From: Isurus oxyrinchus
Lineage: Eukaryota
Reading direction: 5' to 3'
NCBI GenBank assembly: GCA_026770705.1
Contig: JANJGN010000026.1
Span: forward strand, 29,574,001-29,638,000
DNA: 64,000 nucleotides
A program made the translations under genes and the position numbers. Below the pieces are notes generated by a model. That model was given only the letters and a program-made list of their open reading frames with translations. It did no database searches and was not told where the DNA came from. Positions 24,061-36,917 of the stretch are shown here, in pieces (positions within the stretch are counted from its first letter, which is position 1; every line of letters begins with the position of its first letter).

Positions 24061-25264
24061 GTACCTGAAATGGCTTTCGTGAAGAGTTCGGTTAATATTG
24101 CGCAACATCCGGCGTCTCTGCCTATTGGTTCATTCCTCACAGAATCAGCACGTGGTTCTTTATTCTGTTTTTCGTCCAATCAACTGAGAGTTCCTTTACT
24201 CTCCAATTCGTGACATCAGATCGGGCAACAGTGAATGGAACAGAGATTAGGACAGGAATTAAACACAATGTTATCCCTTAAACTGTTTGAGGCTGCGAGG
24301 TGTGTGGAATGAATGGAAAGAGATCATATTGTGCTGTTATCAGTGTAGGAAGCTCACGTTAAAAGAACTGTTGTCTGATGATTAGGGCAATCCACAGCTA
24401 ATAGAAAAGCGGTTATAGAGGACCAGGGTGCTCTGAAAGCTTTGAATAAAGCGACACGGTCAAATGGACCAATTCCACCTTTTACGTGAATGAAATGTGG
24501 ATTGACTGACAGGGTTGAACAGAATGGGAGAGGTAAGCAGCAGATGAGATTAGACAAAATCTACTCAGTGAACTATATTTACAACATCTTTACATTCTTA
24601 ATATCTTAAACGTTCATCATAAGTTTTAAAATGAAACAGACTTTTTATTTGAAATGATAATCTCTATTCCCGAATATTTTTCATTACTTCTTTTTAAAAA
24701 TGAATTAATTGAATAATGTTACAAACATGTTATTGAAGAATTGTCTTGGGTTTGGGGTAAGAGTGGAGATGCGGGATTAATTGTATTGGTCATGCGAAGA
24801 GCTGGCAAGAGCACAATGGGCCGAATGGACTCCTCCTCTGCTGTATGGTGTATTGATCTGTGCCTGACTGAACTAAACACTGTTTCCGCCACAGACCTGC
24901 CCAACAGTCAAGAGCTGAAGATTAGCAATATGAGAAAATGATAGCAGCAAAACGGTAACAGGTTTCAGCCGACCTTGTTAAACCTTTCCCTGCTGAATGG
25001 AGGGTGTCTGTGGACCTGTAGTTCACAAATGAGTCAACCGTATTGAGGAGAACAGCGTTGGGTGTGGAGGTTGTCATTCCTCGCTAAAGATCAAAAGGAT
25101 GAATCTGCAATTCCGTTCATTGTGTTTCCTGGTTTCTGCACTCAGTGGATCAGGAATATTATTGGAGATTTGATTTAATTGGGAATTATTGGGATTTACA
25201 ATCAAGAATATTAAATTCGTGGTAAATATCTTTCATATTGTTAAGGAGGGCAAGGGTTCAATCT

Positions 25265-25440
25265 AACACTGATGCGCTGCTCTCGCTGATGCGCCGTTCT
25301 CGCTGAAGCGCTGCTGTCACAGATGCACTGCTCTCGCTGAAGCGCTGCTTTTGCTGATGCGCTGTTCTCACTGATGCGCTGCTTTCGCTGATGCGCTGTT
25401 CTCGCTGAAGCGCTGGTCTCGCTGATATGCTCTCTGAAGC
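25265..25440. repeat. 17-bp tandem repeat, about 10 copies
   Basis: ctga(t/a)gcgctg(c/t)tctcg units. Confidence 0.85.
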
Positions 25441-25514
25441 CAGATTTTTCATTTATCCTTTTCAATAAAAGCCACAACTATATCCTTTAGCTCAGGAAGT
25501 ACTGGTGGGCCAGC

Positions 25515-25655
25515 CCGGAATTCGGAAGGAGAGTAATATTGGATCCGAAACGTTCAATCTGCTTCTCTCTTCACAGGTGTTGCCAGACCTGCTGTACCTT
25601 TCTGGCATTTTCTGCTTTCATTTCAAATCTCCAGCACCCGTATTTTTTTGCTTTC
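25515..25655 (+). mobile_element. Old Penelope-like terminal repeat fragment
   Basis: ...ccgaaacgttcaa...tgccagacctgctg...ctccagcacccgtattttttt resembles 49465-49600. Confidence 0.65.
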
Positions 25656-26039
25656 ATACAAGGTACACATCTATTTTGTCTGATGCAGACTGAACGCATC
25701 AGTTGCTTTAACGCTGCAATTTCTCCTGCATTTAATTAGAGCTCAAAAATGATGAATGACTGCATTTGGTTTTGGAAACGAATGCCTTTAATGTATGAGC
25801 ATTTGAAGCCTGTTGTTGTGCCCAGGCCCGGATACACATGAATTTTATTACCTCCCTTGGCTGCACAATATTGACTAACCTCGCCTTCTACAACAGGAAG
25901 CGGCATCTAACGCTGATGAATCTCCAGGGAATGGAATGTACAAGGAACACTTGGATATTTTCAATGAATTGAGAACTTAAGGTAGACTAGAACAGCACCA
26001 TTCATCTAAATACTTGTTTTTTTTTAAACCTGTCTATGA

Positions 26040-26740
26040 GGGAGAGTCTGGGGGGAGAATCATATCGACTGGCAGACAGAAAAAAATCAGGGAGTGACAT
26101 AGGTAGAATCACGGATTGAGAAATATAGAGAAAGCCTGAGTGACAGGCAGTGAGCAAAACACAGATGGAGATACAGGGCGATAAGCAGGAGGGAAGGCAA
26201 TGCTAGAAAATGAAGGAGAAACATGGAGATAAACAGAGAGAGAAGCAACGAGATAAATGAGAGAGGGGTAAAGGGTAGAAATAAGAGAGAAAGAGAGGGA
26301 GAGAGAGACACACACACACATAGATAGATAGAGAGAGAGGGTAGGATTTAGATGCAAATACAGAAGGAGAAAAAGATGTCACAGTATGGGCACATTAAAC
26401 CATGAAACGAAGAGAAACAAATGGAAAGTCAGTGAGTGAATCAGACGGACAGACTGTGATAAATATAGAGGCAGAGACAGAGAGAGGGCGAGGAACAGAT
26501 GGAGATACAGGGAGATAACTAGAAGGGATGGGAACGATAGAAATGAAGGAGACACTGGGAGATAAACAGTGGGAGAGAGTGAGAGAATGAGGGAGAGACG
26601 GAGATAGGAAGGGAAATGGATGAAGATACAGGGAAGGAAAAAGTTTTAGAAATAAGGAGATATTATAGATGAAGAGAGACAAACGAACAGACAGCAAGGT
26701 AAACACATAGTGAGAGAAATTGTGATAACGTGAGGAAAGA
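26040..26740. repeat. Purine-rich GA low-complexity region with an internal duplication
   Basis: About 26155-26245 resembles 26490-26580. Confidence 0.7.
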
Positions 26741-27589
26741 CGTGCCCTAATTAGAAGCTGGAATTCCAGGAGGGAAAGAAAAATAACATTATGCAACACA
26801 TGATATGGAAAGGCTGACTTCCGAGAACTACATGGCCTCCTGGATTACTAGATCAAGATCATAACCACCATGTTATTGTTCCCGTACCTGCGGCAGTAAA
26901 CAAACAAACACAACGTAGGAGCTCCATCTGGTGGCGACCTGGATTAAATGGACACTACCTGGAAAAATCACCGGTTTCTCAAATTATTGAAGGATGTTGT
27001 TGCATGATTGTGTTGTATTATTCCTGTTCATATTATATATTGTAATGCAGACGAATAGATACACGGGAGCTAATTCCAACTTCATTTTAAATCCGGCGAT
27101 TCCCTATGTTTATTTACATGCACCACATGCATTGAAGCGGTTCAAGAAGGCAGCTTGCCACTACCTTCTCAACGGCAATTAGCGATGGGCAATAAATGCT
27201 GGCCCGGCCAGTGAAGCCCACATCCTGTAAATGAATAAAAAGATGCACTGGTAATGATGTTGCTGATGATGAGATGGTGACTATTCCCAACATTTATGTC
27301 AGAATTGAGCCATCAACACACAGTAGAATATTCGGCTGCTGAAATGATGACAGATGAGGGAAATAATATTACCCTGAACTTGATCTTCAAACCAAGCTAT
27401 TTTAAGCTCTAGGTGTTGTGGTGTAGTCAACAATCCAGGCACCCTCCGCTGTCCACCCTCTCCATGGATGGATAGAAAACTGGAAATTCTACTTTGGTAA
27501 AACTACCAAGATCACTGAATTAACGATTAGTAAAGACCTGATCTCCGATCCAGGTGTGTTGCTGTGCCATGCTTCCCTACACTGCTGTA

Positions 27590-28125
27590 AGGAGATTTAC
27601 CAGGATGCTGCCTGGGATGGAGGGTCTGAGCTATGAGGAAGGATTTAATAGGCTGGAGTTGTTTTCTTTGGAGTAGCGAAGGTTGAGAGGGGACCTGGTA
27701 GAGGTGCATAAGGTTATGAGGGGCATAGATTTAGTGGGTAGGAAGGCACTTTTCCCGTTAATAGAGGGATCAATAACAGAACGGGGGTGGGTGGGGGGGG
27801 GGGGGTGGGTGGTGGTGGGTGGCGTGAGGTCGGGGGGAGGGCATAGATTTAAGGTAGGAGGTAGAAGGCTAAGAGAGGTGTTTAGGAGGTTTTACTTTCA
27901 CTCAGAGGGTAGTGGGAGTCTGGAACTCGCTGCCTGAGCGAGTAGTGAGTCAGAAACTCTTGGAAATTTTCAGAAGTATTTAGATATTCACGTGCGTTGG
28001 CATAGCCTCCATGGCTATTGGACAAGCACTGGAAAATGTGATTAGTGTAGTCAGATCTTTGTTGACCAGCGCGGACAAAGTGGGCAGAGTGGCCTCCTTC
28101 TGTGCTGTAAACGCCTGTAAGTCTA
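27590..28125 (+). mobile_element. CR1 LINE 3' fragment
   Basis: RFTRMLPGMEGLSYEE...RLRGDLVEVHKVMRGID, followed by CR1-type 3' UTR. Confidence 0.8.
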
Positions 28126-28959
28126 TACGAGTAAGGAGGGGTTTGCAGGGCCGACAGGGTTAAGTTTGCTGTTTGTCTGGTCTGATGTCTTGGTCAATTC
28201 CGTGTGGTCTGCCTGTTCCTTTTTGAGATTTCGTAGCGTTTTGATACAACCAAGTGGCCTTATAGGCCATGTCAGAGAGACCAGACCAGGTAAGGACAGC
28301 AGGTTTACTTACTTAATGGACATTGGTGAACCAGATGGATTTTTACAACAATCGACAGTAATACTTTTAATTCCAGATTTTTATTTAATTCAAATTCCAC
28401 CATCTGCCATGGCAAACCGTGGTCTCCAGGGCATTTCCCTGGGTCACTGGGTTACTATTCCACCGACAATACCAGTGCGCCATCGCCCAAGTCTGTTCAT
28501 TTGTTTGTGCAGTAACAACAGAAATCGTTGCTCTAATATGATAAGTCCATAAATCAGTCTGACAAGATATAAAATCATAGTCAGATTACTCGTTAAGTGG
28601 TTTACGAGGGAAATCTCCTTGATAGTGAGGCGAAAATAATTATAGAGAACAAATTCACCCCGAATAAACCAAACCCATGAACAATCCTGTGCTTGAAAGG
28701 TTCAATATCCAGACATGGATTTAATGACCACTCTGCAAGACTGAAACTATCGCCTGATGAAGCCACTGACTGAATCCCAGCTCATGGTGTTTCTGATCAC
28801 TGGCAGGCAGCTCACCATCTACCTTTGTCACAGCAGCAGTGGTGAGACAAGGAACTGAGGTGAGGACATCCTGAGACACGACAGCTGGTTATTGAGGATG
28901 GGGCTTAGAATGGGTATCTTCGAATATCCAATTCCCCTTTTACAGAGCAGACAGTGACA

Positions 28960-29882
28960 ATGAGGCTACTCAGCATCGGGATTGTGTGGGCGGCATTTCC
29001 CACAAGTAATTGTGGACCACACAGATCTTTTCTCAGTTTTAAACCATGAAGGGACGCCGTGTAATACAGAAACTCAGGTTAATGCTCTCGGTTTCCAGGT
29101 TCGGATCCCGCCATGGCAGATTCTGAAATTTGATTTAATTAGAAACCTGGGATTATAATTACGATGAATCGATGGTTATAAAAACCCATCATGTTTTCTG
29201 ATGTCCTTTGGGGAAGAAAATCTGCCGCCCTTACCTGGTCTTCTCTCCACGTGACTCCAGGCCCAGAGCAATGTTGTTGCCTCTTTCAGAAAATGCCCTC
29301 TGAAATGACCCGGCAAGCCCTCAGTTGTCACCACCAAGGGCAACTGTGATGGGCAATAAATGCTGGCTCAGTATACATCTTGTATCTCCTGAATATTTAA
29401 CAAAAACGTAAATTTTGAACAGTTCTGATGAAGAGTTATTCGGACTCGCAACATCAACTGTATACCTCTTTGCAGATGCTGTCAGACCTGCTGTGTTCTT
29501 CCAGGTATTTTTGTTTTTGTTCTAACTTTGAACAGTCGTCGGTCTGATCTTTTTCAGTTTGAACATGTTTTTCAGATGCAGGTCATGGAGACTCTAGCAC
29601 TCAAACGCTGTCCTCACATGTTAGGACAGAAGGAGAAGCGGTGACTTTAAGCTGTACTGATGAAACTACACGGAGGAGTTCTCATTTATACTGGTACCGG
29701 CAACACCCAGGTACACAGCCTGAGTTTATATTATGGAAACATTGGAGCTGTAGTGAAGTTAAAGTAGGTTTTGCTAAAAGCCGTTTCTCAGTCGAGTTCC
29801 AGACCTCGAATAAATTCACCAGTTTAACCATCGCTGGTCTGCAGCTGACTGATGCTACCGTGTATTACTGCGCTCTCAGACT
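28960..29882 (+). CDS. TCR alpha/delta V segment, open frame but mutated RSS heptamer
   Basis: Leader 28960-29005 MRLLSIGIVWAAFPT|GTAATT. V exon 29576-29882 AGHGDSSTQ...VTLSC...LYWYRQHPG...DATVYYCALR. RSS CGCAGTG 29883, 23 bp, ACGAAAACT 29913. Confidence 0.88.
29060..29400 (+). mobile_element. tRNA-derived SINE with LINE-type tail, in the V intron
   Basis: B-box-like ggttcggatccc, core aaaacccatc...aaatctgccgcccttacctggtc, tail gggcaataaatgctggc. Partial reverse copy near 28250-28480. Confidence 0.65.
29415..29525 (+). mobile_element. Penelope-like terminal fragment with hammerhead-like core
   Basis: cagtt CTGATGA a gagt..actc GCAA catc aactg ... gatgctgtcagacctgctg. Confidence 0.7.
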
Positions 29883-32049
29883 CGCAGTGATGGAAAACGG
29901 TCTGGCCCCTGTACGAAAACTGCCTTTCGACTGTCGATAGGAGCTCCTGTGTGATAGAGTTTGTATCGAATCTCGGGAAGATGCAGCGCCAATCTACAGA
30001 GGCGCTGTCAGCCCCTCAAACACATGTCGAGAGGAAAACACATTCACCTCGGATCAAACTGTCACCAAATGTTTCCAGGAGCGGCCAAGAAGACAAACTG
30101 CAGAATCCGATCCAACCAAAAGGCCATCACAGAGTCACATTTGAAAGTATCAGTTCTAATCCCCACGCTCAATTTTTTGCTCTCATGTCTAGGAATGTTC
30201 CCACCTGACATCCTTGCCCTTCTCTGGTTCTGTGAGATCCGTTGGTGGTGAGCTGTCTGACATTGAATGGAAACACTCCGAGCTGGTCTACAGTCCATGG
30301 CCTGATGGAGGAATGGCTGCACTTTTAGAGACAGGAGTGGGGGGAGTGAAACCCTGGTCTGTTAATTATCACCAGCAAACTCTGTATTAATAATGGTGAC
30401 AGAAAACATCTCAGCATTAAGGAAACATTCTCAAACTTGATGGGGACTCTGTACCAGATGTTTGCGTTAAAGATCTGGTGAACTTCGCTCATTGTGTACA
30501 AACTGTCTCTGGCCCAGTAACACACTCTGTTCAAATAAATCCTGTGAACAGGCCGCGGCCAAAGGCTTCAGGAACCTGACAGGGGAGATGGGGAAAGGGG
30601 AACTCACTATTACAGACAGGCGCTGAAATTGCATTAAAAGGCAAAAAGGAAATTAAAGTGATCAAATAGCTTTATGACAGTCGGTTATCGTACAAATTCG
30701 ACTTGAAATTAACTAATACAACTAATTTGACAAGTGTTTTGCACCTCTTAATGTTGAGTTTTGTTATTTATTATGATTTTTTTTTTGGATGGTCGCTGTG
30801 ACTCTCGCTGTGGAGGCGAGATTGTTGTTTCTGTTAATCACCCTCTGCTAGGAGTTAACAGGAACACCCAGTGGGGTTTTTGTCTGGCTCCCACTATATC
30901 TCTGCAGCAGTGTGGGCTTCATGACACAGATATACACGGCGGTGTTTGAGAGAAGATCCCAGGTGATATTTGAATGGAGAGTTTTGTTTCCTCAGCAGAG
31001 AATCTATCTGGTAAACCTGAAGACCATTCTTCCTTTCCCAAGCTATACACCTTCAGTAAATTACTCGGAACTTCCCTGGGATACTGGAAGAGAGTTGGTG
31101 GCAGGGCAGGCTGCCGAGTAAGGCAGTCCAGAATAATGTTCTGACTTTCCCGAACCGCTAATTCAGACGGACCCTAAGACACTGAAACCTCGTCATTCAT
31201 TCCTGCAATACAAATGCACACATTTTAAAAAGTCAGGAACTTAACACCACTCCTGGCGACACACTGACTATTTGAACATAGACTCACCAGGCAGCAAGGC
31301 CACTATTATCAATTAGGAACATGGGGAACAAACATATACTGTTCAGTTTAGAATTTCACAGAAAGTAACATAATATTCTAAACATATTGATACTCCTGGT
31401 ATGATATTAAAATATAACCCAGATCACAATCAGATTTCACTTATTGAGACACTGAGGAGCGTTCCAGGGACAACGTTGGCTGTCAGAATTGATTACAGTT
31501 GCGCTACAATCAATGAGAGCTGCAAACCAGAGTTTCTCTGATTGGTTCTTTATCTCTCTCCGATGTTCTAAGAGTCTCAGTCTGTTTGCCGCGACCTCTG
31601 TCTCCCTGGTGAGGCAATCTCTCCTCGAAATGAATTTCCTCGCTTCTATAAAAATACATGGAGGTGAAAACAAATAATTCAGGGAATGAATGCAGAGTTT
31701 GAAAAATTCACTGAAACACCACCAGGAGGCATGAATGTTAATGTGGATATCAGATATAATTGTGATATCAGACTTAAAGTCAATCAAACAATGTCGTTTC
31801 TGTTTGTCTCTTTCAATGAAACCATCGTGACCAGAGATCATATGGGTGGCATGGTAAATATAAAATAGATGAGTAAGGAAAGGAAATATGAAGCAAATAT
31901 GCATTTCAAGATAAAAGAGCAAAAGAATTTAGGAGTCCCGAGACAATGAATAAGGAGCAAGCAGGCAAAGCTGTTAAATTCTATGATTCCAAGCAACGAT
32001 GACCAATGGAGTTCGAAATACGACACATCAAACCTTCCTGAAGCATTTA

Positions 32050-32280
32050 ATAGAGAGAGAGAAAGAGAGAGAGAGAGTAGGGGTGGAGGAAAGAGAGAGA
32101 GAGTGAAGAGAGATAGGTATTTAGCTAGCTAAATAGATAGAAATATATTTAGATAGATAGATAGATAGATGGGTAGTTAGATAGATAGATGGGTAGATTT
32201 ATAGACGGGTAGATAGATGGGTGGATGGATGGATGGATGGGTGGGTGGATGGATGCATGGATGGATGGAGAGATAGCTAA
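32050..32280. repeat. (GA)n/(GATA)n/(GGAT)n microsatellites
   Basis: Direct inspection. Confidence 0.85.
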
Positions 32281-33549
32281 TATTAATGGGGTGGGGGTCT
32301 GTAGCCAAAATCACAGCGTGCACTCCCATCTGATCGATTATGGATGTGGCCTGGGTAGCAGTGTGTGTACTAATATACCGGGGGCTTGGTAGTCTGAGGA
32401 TGGAGAATTCACTATACACTGACACAGAAAATGTATAATCATTTCATCGTATTAAACAACCAATTTAACCATTGCAGAGAGAACATTTCACCTCCTGTTC
32501 TGAGATTGCTCCAGGACCGGGAACAAACGTCCATGTCTGTTGAGCTGCCAGAATCAGTCCCCGAGAAGAGAGTGGAGACATCCATCCCAACTGACTGGGG
32601 CTGTAGTTAACCCTGGATCCCCAGAGTTGCAATGTCATTGCCTGATCTGATGCTCAAATCCGTTCCCGAGGTGAGACCGATCTGCATCTTCTCTGCCTGG
32701 GTCTTAATTCAATCCCAATTCACAGAAATGAGTGGGGAATATACCACGATTCTCACCAATCCTGGCATTACAACGAGTCATGCATGAGGAATCTAATCCA
32801 AGAAGCATAAGTGGGAGGAGCCTGAGTTTCATTTGACATAGGCGAGTGGAGTTATTAGATCAACTGCTGCCTGGGAAGTATAAAAAGCCGCCGATCCTCC
32901 CAGCTGCTTGTGTCTGTTGGAAGTTGGATGAAGGTTGTCTGAAAACCTATCACTTTTATCTTGCTCTGCTACTAAAACCGACTCTCAAAAGTAATAACAT
33001 GACGTTGTGAGTCCACGTCATTCACTGTTACTGGATTAGTTTACAACTACTTCAGTCCAAAACATAGAAATTGGGAGAGAGTAGAAAGTGAGTGGCACTT
33101 TCAGCAGTTGAATGGACAAGGCTAGATTCGGTAGAGAAAATGCAGCGATCATGGATAAAGAACGGGGATGGGTCGGTGGAGATCTGAAATGGTGGGAAAA
33201 AGAATGGGATTTGGAGCATAACGAGTGGGAATCAGAAATTCGTCAGTGGCGATAAGGGATGAGGAGTGGAAATAAGACATTAGAGAGAAAGAATGGGGGA
33301 TTAGGCAGCAGGGTTGGAAGAATAGGGAATGGGCATCAGAGAGTAAAATGTGTGGGCGGGGGCGGATGGGGTGGTTGTTGGAGAGCGAGGGATGTTTGAG
33401 CAGATATCGGGAATGTGTAAGTAGATTATTGGGGGAGGAAGAATGAAGGACGCCAGTCATTCTAAATAAGTATCCACCAGAAGAGACGGAGAAGTACGAG
33501 TGTGCATGTACATCTCTCAGGGATACTATCTGAGAGACACCGGGGAATG

Positions 33550-33750
33550 CCTAGCAATGTGGGAAATTGCCCGGGTATGTCCTGTACACAAGAAACAAGA
33601 CAAATCCAACCGCCCGATCAGACTACTTTCGATAATCAGTAAAGTGATGGAAGGGATCATCAACAGTGCTACCAAGCAGCACTTGCTTAGCAATAAGCTG
33701 CTCACTGACGCCCAGCTTGGGTACCACCAGCGCCATTCAGCCCCTGACCA
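33550..33750 (+). mobile_element. LINE RT fragment
   Basis: MWEIARVCPVHKKQDKSN.RPIRLLSIISKVMEGIIN...LLTDAQLG. Confidence 0.75.
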
Positions 33751-34038
33751 ATTACATCAACAACAGTGCGAGAAACACGGATCCTCAGATGAAGAGAACA
33801 CCTGAGATACCGGGAAAGACAGGGAGAAAGAGAAAGTCAGGGGAAATAGTCGGTCCAGAACTAATGGGTGTCGAACTCTCAGTTCTGAGAGACCAGCCAA
33901 TAATAGCGCTGGGAAACGCCCCTCAGTTTCTCCATAAGTGAAGTCTGCCCCTGATCCGAATTTCCACTTGAAATCAGAACAGAGTGTCAATGTATTTGAA
34001 ATATTACCTCATTTCTTCCGACCGCTAATCGTGACACC

Positions 34039-34475
34039 ATGTACTCCCTGTGTTCCTTCAGTATAATAATAGTCATACTTCCCGGTGAGTCAATGTTTAA
34101 ATAGTCAATGTCTGTTCCATCTGCTATCTTCAATTTCAGATATTTGATACATTGTGTTTTGTTTTGGGAACAAATGGCAAAGATTCAGTGTCCCAGGCTC
34201 CCCCTGAATTAACGGTTCTGGAAGGGCAGAGCATAAAACTGGACTGTAATTACTCGACAGCTGTTCCAACTCTGTTCTGGTACACTCAATACTCCGGGGA
34301 AGCTCCGATATATTTAATGAAGATATATAGCTCAGGGAATGCAGATAAGTCTCTAGATTTCCCAGACAGGTTCACTGGTGTTTTGCACAAAGGAAACAAA
34401 ACGGTTCATTTGAATATCGCCGGGTCTGTTCTCTCCGACAGCGCCGTGTATTTCTGTGCCATGAACCCCACACTG
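34039..34475 (+). pseudogene. TCR alpha/delta V, open frame but acceptor AG>GG and RSS nonamer deleted
   Basis: Leader 34039-34084 MYSLCSFSIIIVILP G|GTGAGT. V reads GTNGKDSVSQAPPELTVLEGQSIKLDCNY...WYTQYSGEAP...DSAVYFCAMN. Heptamer CACACTG at 34469, no nonamer. Confidence 0.85.
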
Positions 34476-35159
34476 CTGCAGAGATATAGCGGATCCCGTA
34501 CTGGGAGTTCCAGTCAGCACTCAGCAGAGGGCGGTTTCACACCGATAAAAAGAAAAATTCAGCCTGTCAGTGTCACAGAGTCATTAATAAAATATCAAAC
34601 CCAAACAGAACTCTGAACAGGAACAGGTGAGTAGCAATTGAGCAATTCTATAAGTTGGGTTCTTACCATGCATCTATACAAAAAATGAATTTCACAAATT
34701 AATTTGTGGTGCGTTACGTCATATTTTGCATTTTGACGATCTTTCCTTGCCTGTCTGAATTATTGTTCAGCCCTTTCTCCATCCCCATTGTCCTTTTCGA
34801 GGTCTCTTTGGTCAAAGCTGGCACATGCTCTCTATTTGATCAGAGTGCTTTTCTGGTTCAGGAAGGTATATGGAAAATGAACACATTTCACAAGGTAATG
34901 ATTACGCTCTTTTCAACAAGCCCCAAGTACAGAGTTCCCTTAACATTCATTGCCATTTCAAGTGTCTGTTTAACGTTTTCTGACATAATTCACAACCCAG
35001 TGTTTCTGTTCTTCAATAACCAGACAAGGAGAACCATCCCCACCCCTGTCCCTAACAATGTAACCATCTCCTTTATACGGACAGTGACTATAGACCCGCT
35101 CAGACTGGTTCCAGTCACTGACAGCCACTCCCCCACTTACAGGTCTTAAAGCGTCAACT

Positions 35160-35790
35160 GAGGCACAAGGAAGTGAGATGAGAGGATCATGAGAATGGCA
35201 ACCGATTATTGATGTTGCAGATTAGAATGAGTTTCTTCCATCTCAATTTCCCTTTTACAGAGCCGACAGCGACAATGCCGTCAGGCAGCAACTAGGTTGT
35301 ACGGGGCATGGCCGGTATATTTCTGACAGGGAATTGTGAAATTAACACATTTCATCTCATTTTCAAAACATGGTTTCAATCTGAATTTTAAACACTCTCC
35401 GGTATGAATATTTCCTGTTTGACTATGTGTTTCAGATCTGAGTCATGAAGGCCCTGTCACTCAGATACTGTCCTCAACTGTTAAGACAGAAGGAGAAGTA
35501 GCTGCTTTCAATTTCACCTATGATATTATATGGAGTGACTGTGTTTTAGTCTGGTACCGGCTGGTCCCGATCGGGCTGTATTTACAGGGACAGTCTTACT
35601 CATGTCTGCAGGCAGTCGGTGAGACAGACAACAATAAATGGACCGTTCAGGGAGTCAAAACTCTCTCTCTGAGCGGAGAAAGTGAACTCTGAAGAGTTGA
35701 TTAGAAGCAGAGCTCTCAGCCGGAGTTAATGATGGGAAGCAGTCTCACCCCCCGTACTTTGAGCTACGGCTGGGAGCTCCTGTCTGTTGA
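35160..35790 (+). pseudogene. Disrupted V pseudogene (family of the 29-kb V)
   Basis: Promoter and leader homology at 35160-35335. Exon from about 35436 reads DLSHEGPVTQILSSTVKTEGEVAAFNFTYD...VWYR, then unrelated sequence. RSS-spacer and 3'-flank remnant from about 35725. Confidence 0.7.
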
Positions 35791-36090
35791 GTTTGTATCG
35801 GATCTCGGGCAGGTGCAGCCACAATGCTCAGCGGCGCTGTCAGCCGCTCAAACACAAACAGAAATGAAACCACATTCACCTCGGATCAAACTGTCACCCA
35901 TCTGTTTCCAGCGGCGGCCGAGAGAAAGAAACAGCAGAATTTGATTCTACCGAACACACCCATCGTCAAATCAATCCACAGGTAAAACCGTTCTTCCTGT
36001 TTCTGATCAGCTGTTAATTCCCTTAAACCCAGGACTCGACATTCAGATCAACTTCGGGAAGGATGTATCTGAGCCTCAAACCTGACTGGC

Positions 36091-36098
36091 TGACGTCA
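36091..36098. promoter_or_regulatory. Palindromic CRE (TGACGTCA) in a V promoter
   Basis: 270 bp upstream of ATG 36361, with CRE half-sites nearby. Confidence 0.5.
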
Positions 36099-36360
36099 CA
36101 CAGACTGCAGGGTGGCGTCACAAATATTGCAGGGCGAGGTCACACAGGCGGATGTCGTGACGTATGCGCAACCCCCAACCCCCGCCCCTCTACCGCACCC
36201 CGCCGTCGACATCCCATCATGTCCTGGGGACCCGGGTCTGGCGGACACAGTGTAACTGGTGTTGGGCTCAGTTTGATTTGCCGCAGGGCTGCCTCCTCCG
36301 ACAGCCTTCCTTGGCCTGAATCTGTTTAGATTTACTCTACGCAAGTCGATAGAATCCGAC

Positions 36361-36878
36361 ATGAAGCTGAGCTTCACTTCAGTGATAATCTCCCTGGATT
36401 TCTTACTCTTCCCTTCATGTGAGTGTGATTGCTATTTCAGACAAGAATAATTTACACATAATTTTACACATCCGTTATGCTGTGTTACTTTCTACTTTGC
36501 TTTATTGCATATCTTGTATTATGTTATGTTGTGCTCTGTTATATTTTATTGTACTAGATAATATTGCTTTTATGATATTACTCTATATCTACATATTCTT
36601 TTCAGATGCAACTGGCAGTGAAGAAGTATCACAGTCTCCTGAGTCACTGGGTGTTACCGAGGGAGACACTGCATCGTTGACCTGTTCCACTACAGCAGCA
36701 GGACGGATCCTACAGTGGTACAGACAATACCCGGACGGCACCGTGCAGCACCTGGCGACTGGTACTAGCGATCGGGACAGGATCACGGCTCGGTTCATTT
36801 CAGCAGAGAGGAGAAGTGCTCTGAATGTTAGTGACGCTCGAATGATAGACACCGCCACCTATTTCTGCGCGGTTGAGG
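36361..36878 (+). CDS. TCR alpha/delta V segment with very short CDR2, apparently functional
   Basis: Leader 36361-36418 MKLSFTSVIISLDFLLFPS|GTGAGT. V exon 36606-36878 ATGSEEVSQSPESLGVTEGDTASLTC...WYRQYP...DTATYFCAVE. Confidence 0.92.
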
Positions 36879-36917
36879 CACAGTGCAGCAAAGATCAGGA
36901 GGGACCGTACAAAAACC
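36879..36917 (+). promoter_or_regulatory. Consensus 23-RSS
   Basis: CACAGTG, 23 bp, ACAAAAACC. Confidence 0.95.

Noticed and set aside
30325-30600. Possible minus-strand V remnant (NIWYRVP)
   Set aside because: Only a WYR tripeptide and a weak acceptor; no Cys, FR3 or RSS.
36606-36878. NAR-TCR or leaderless supporting V-delta
   Set aside because: It has its own leader exon, and no adjacent NAR V-D-J cassette was found in the window.
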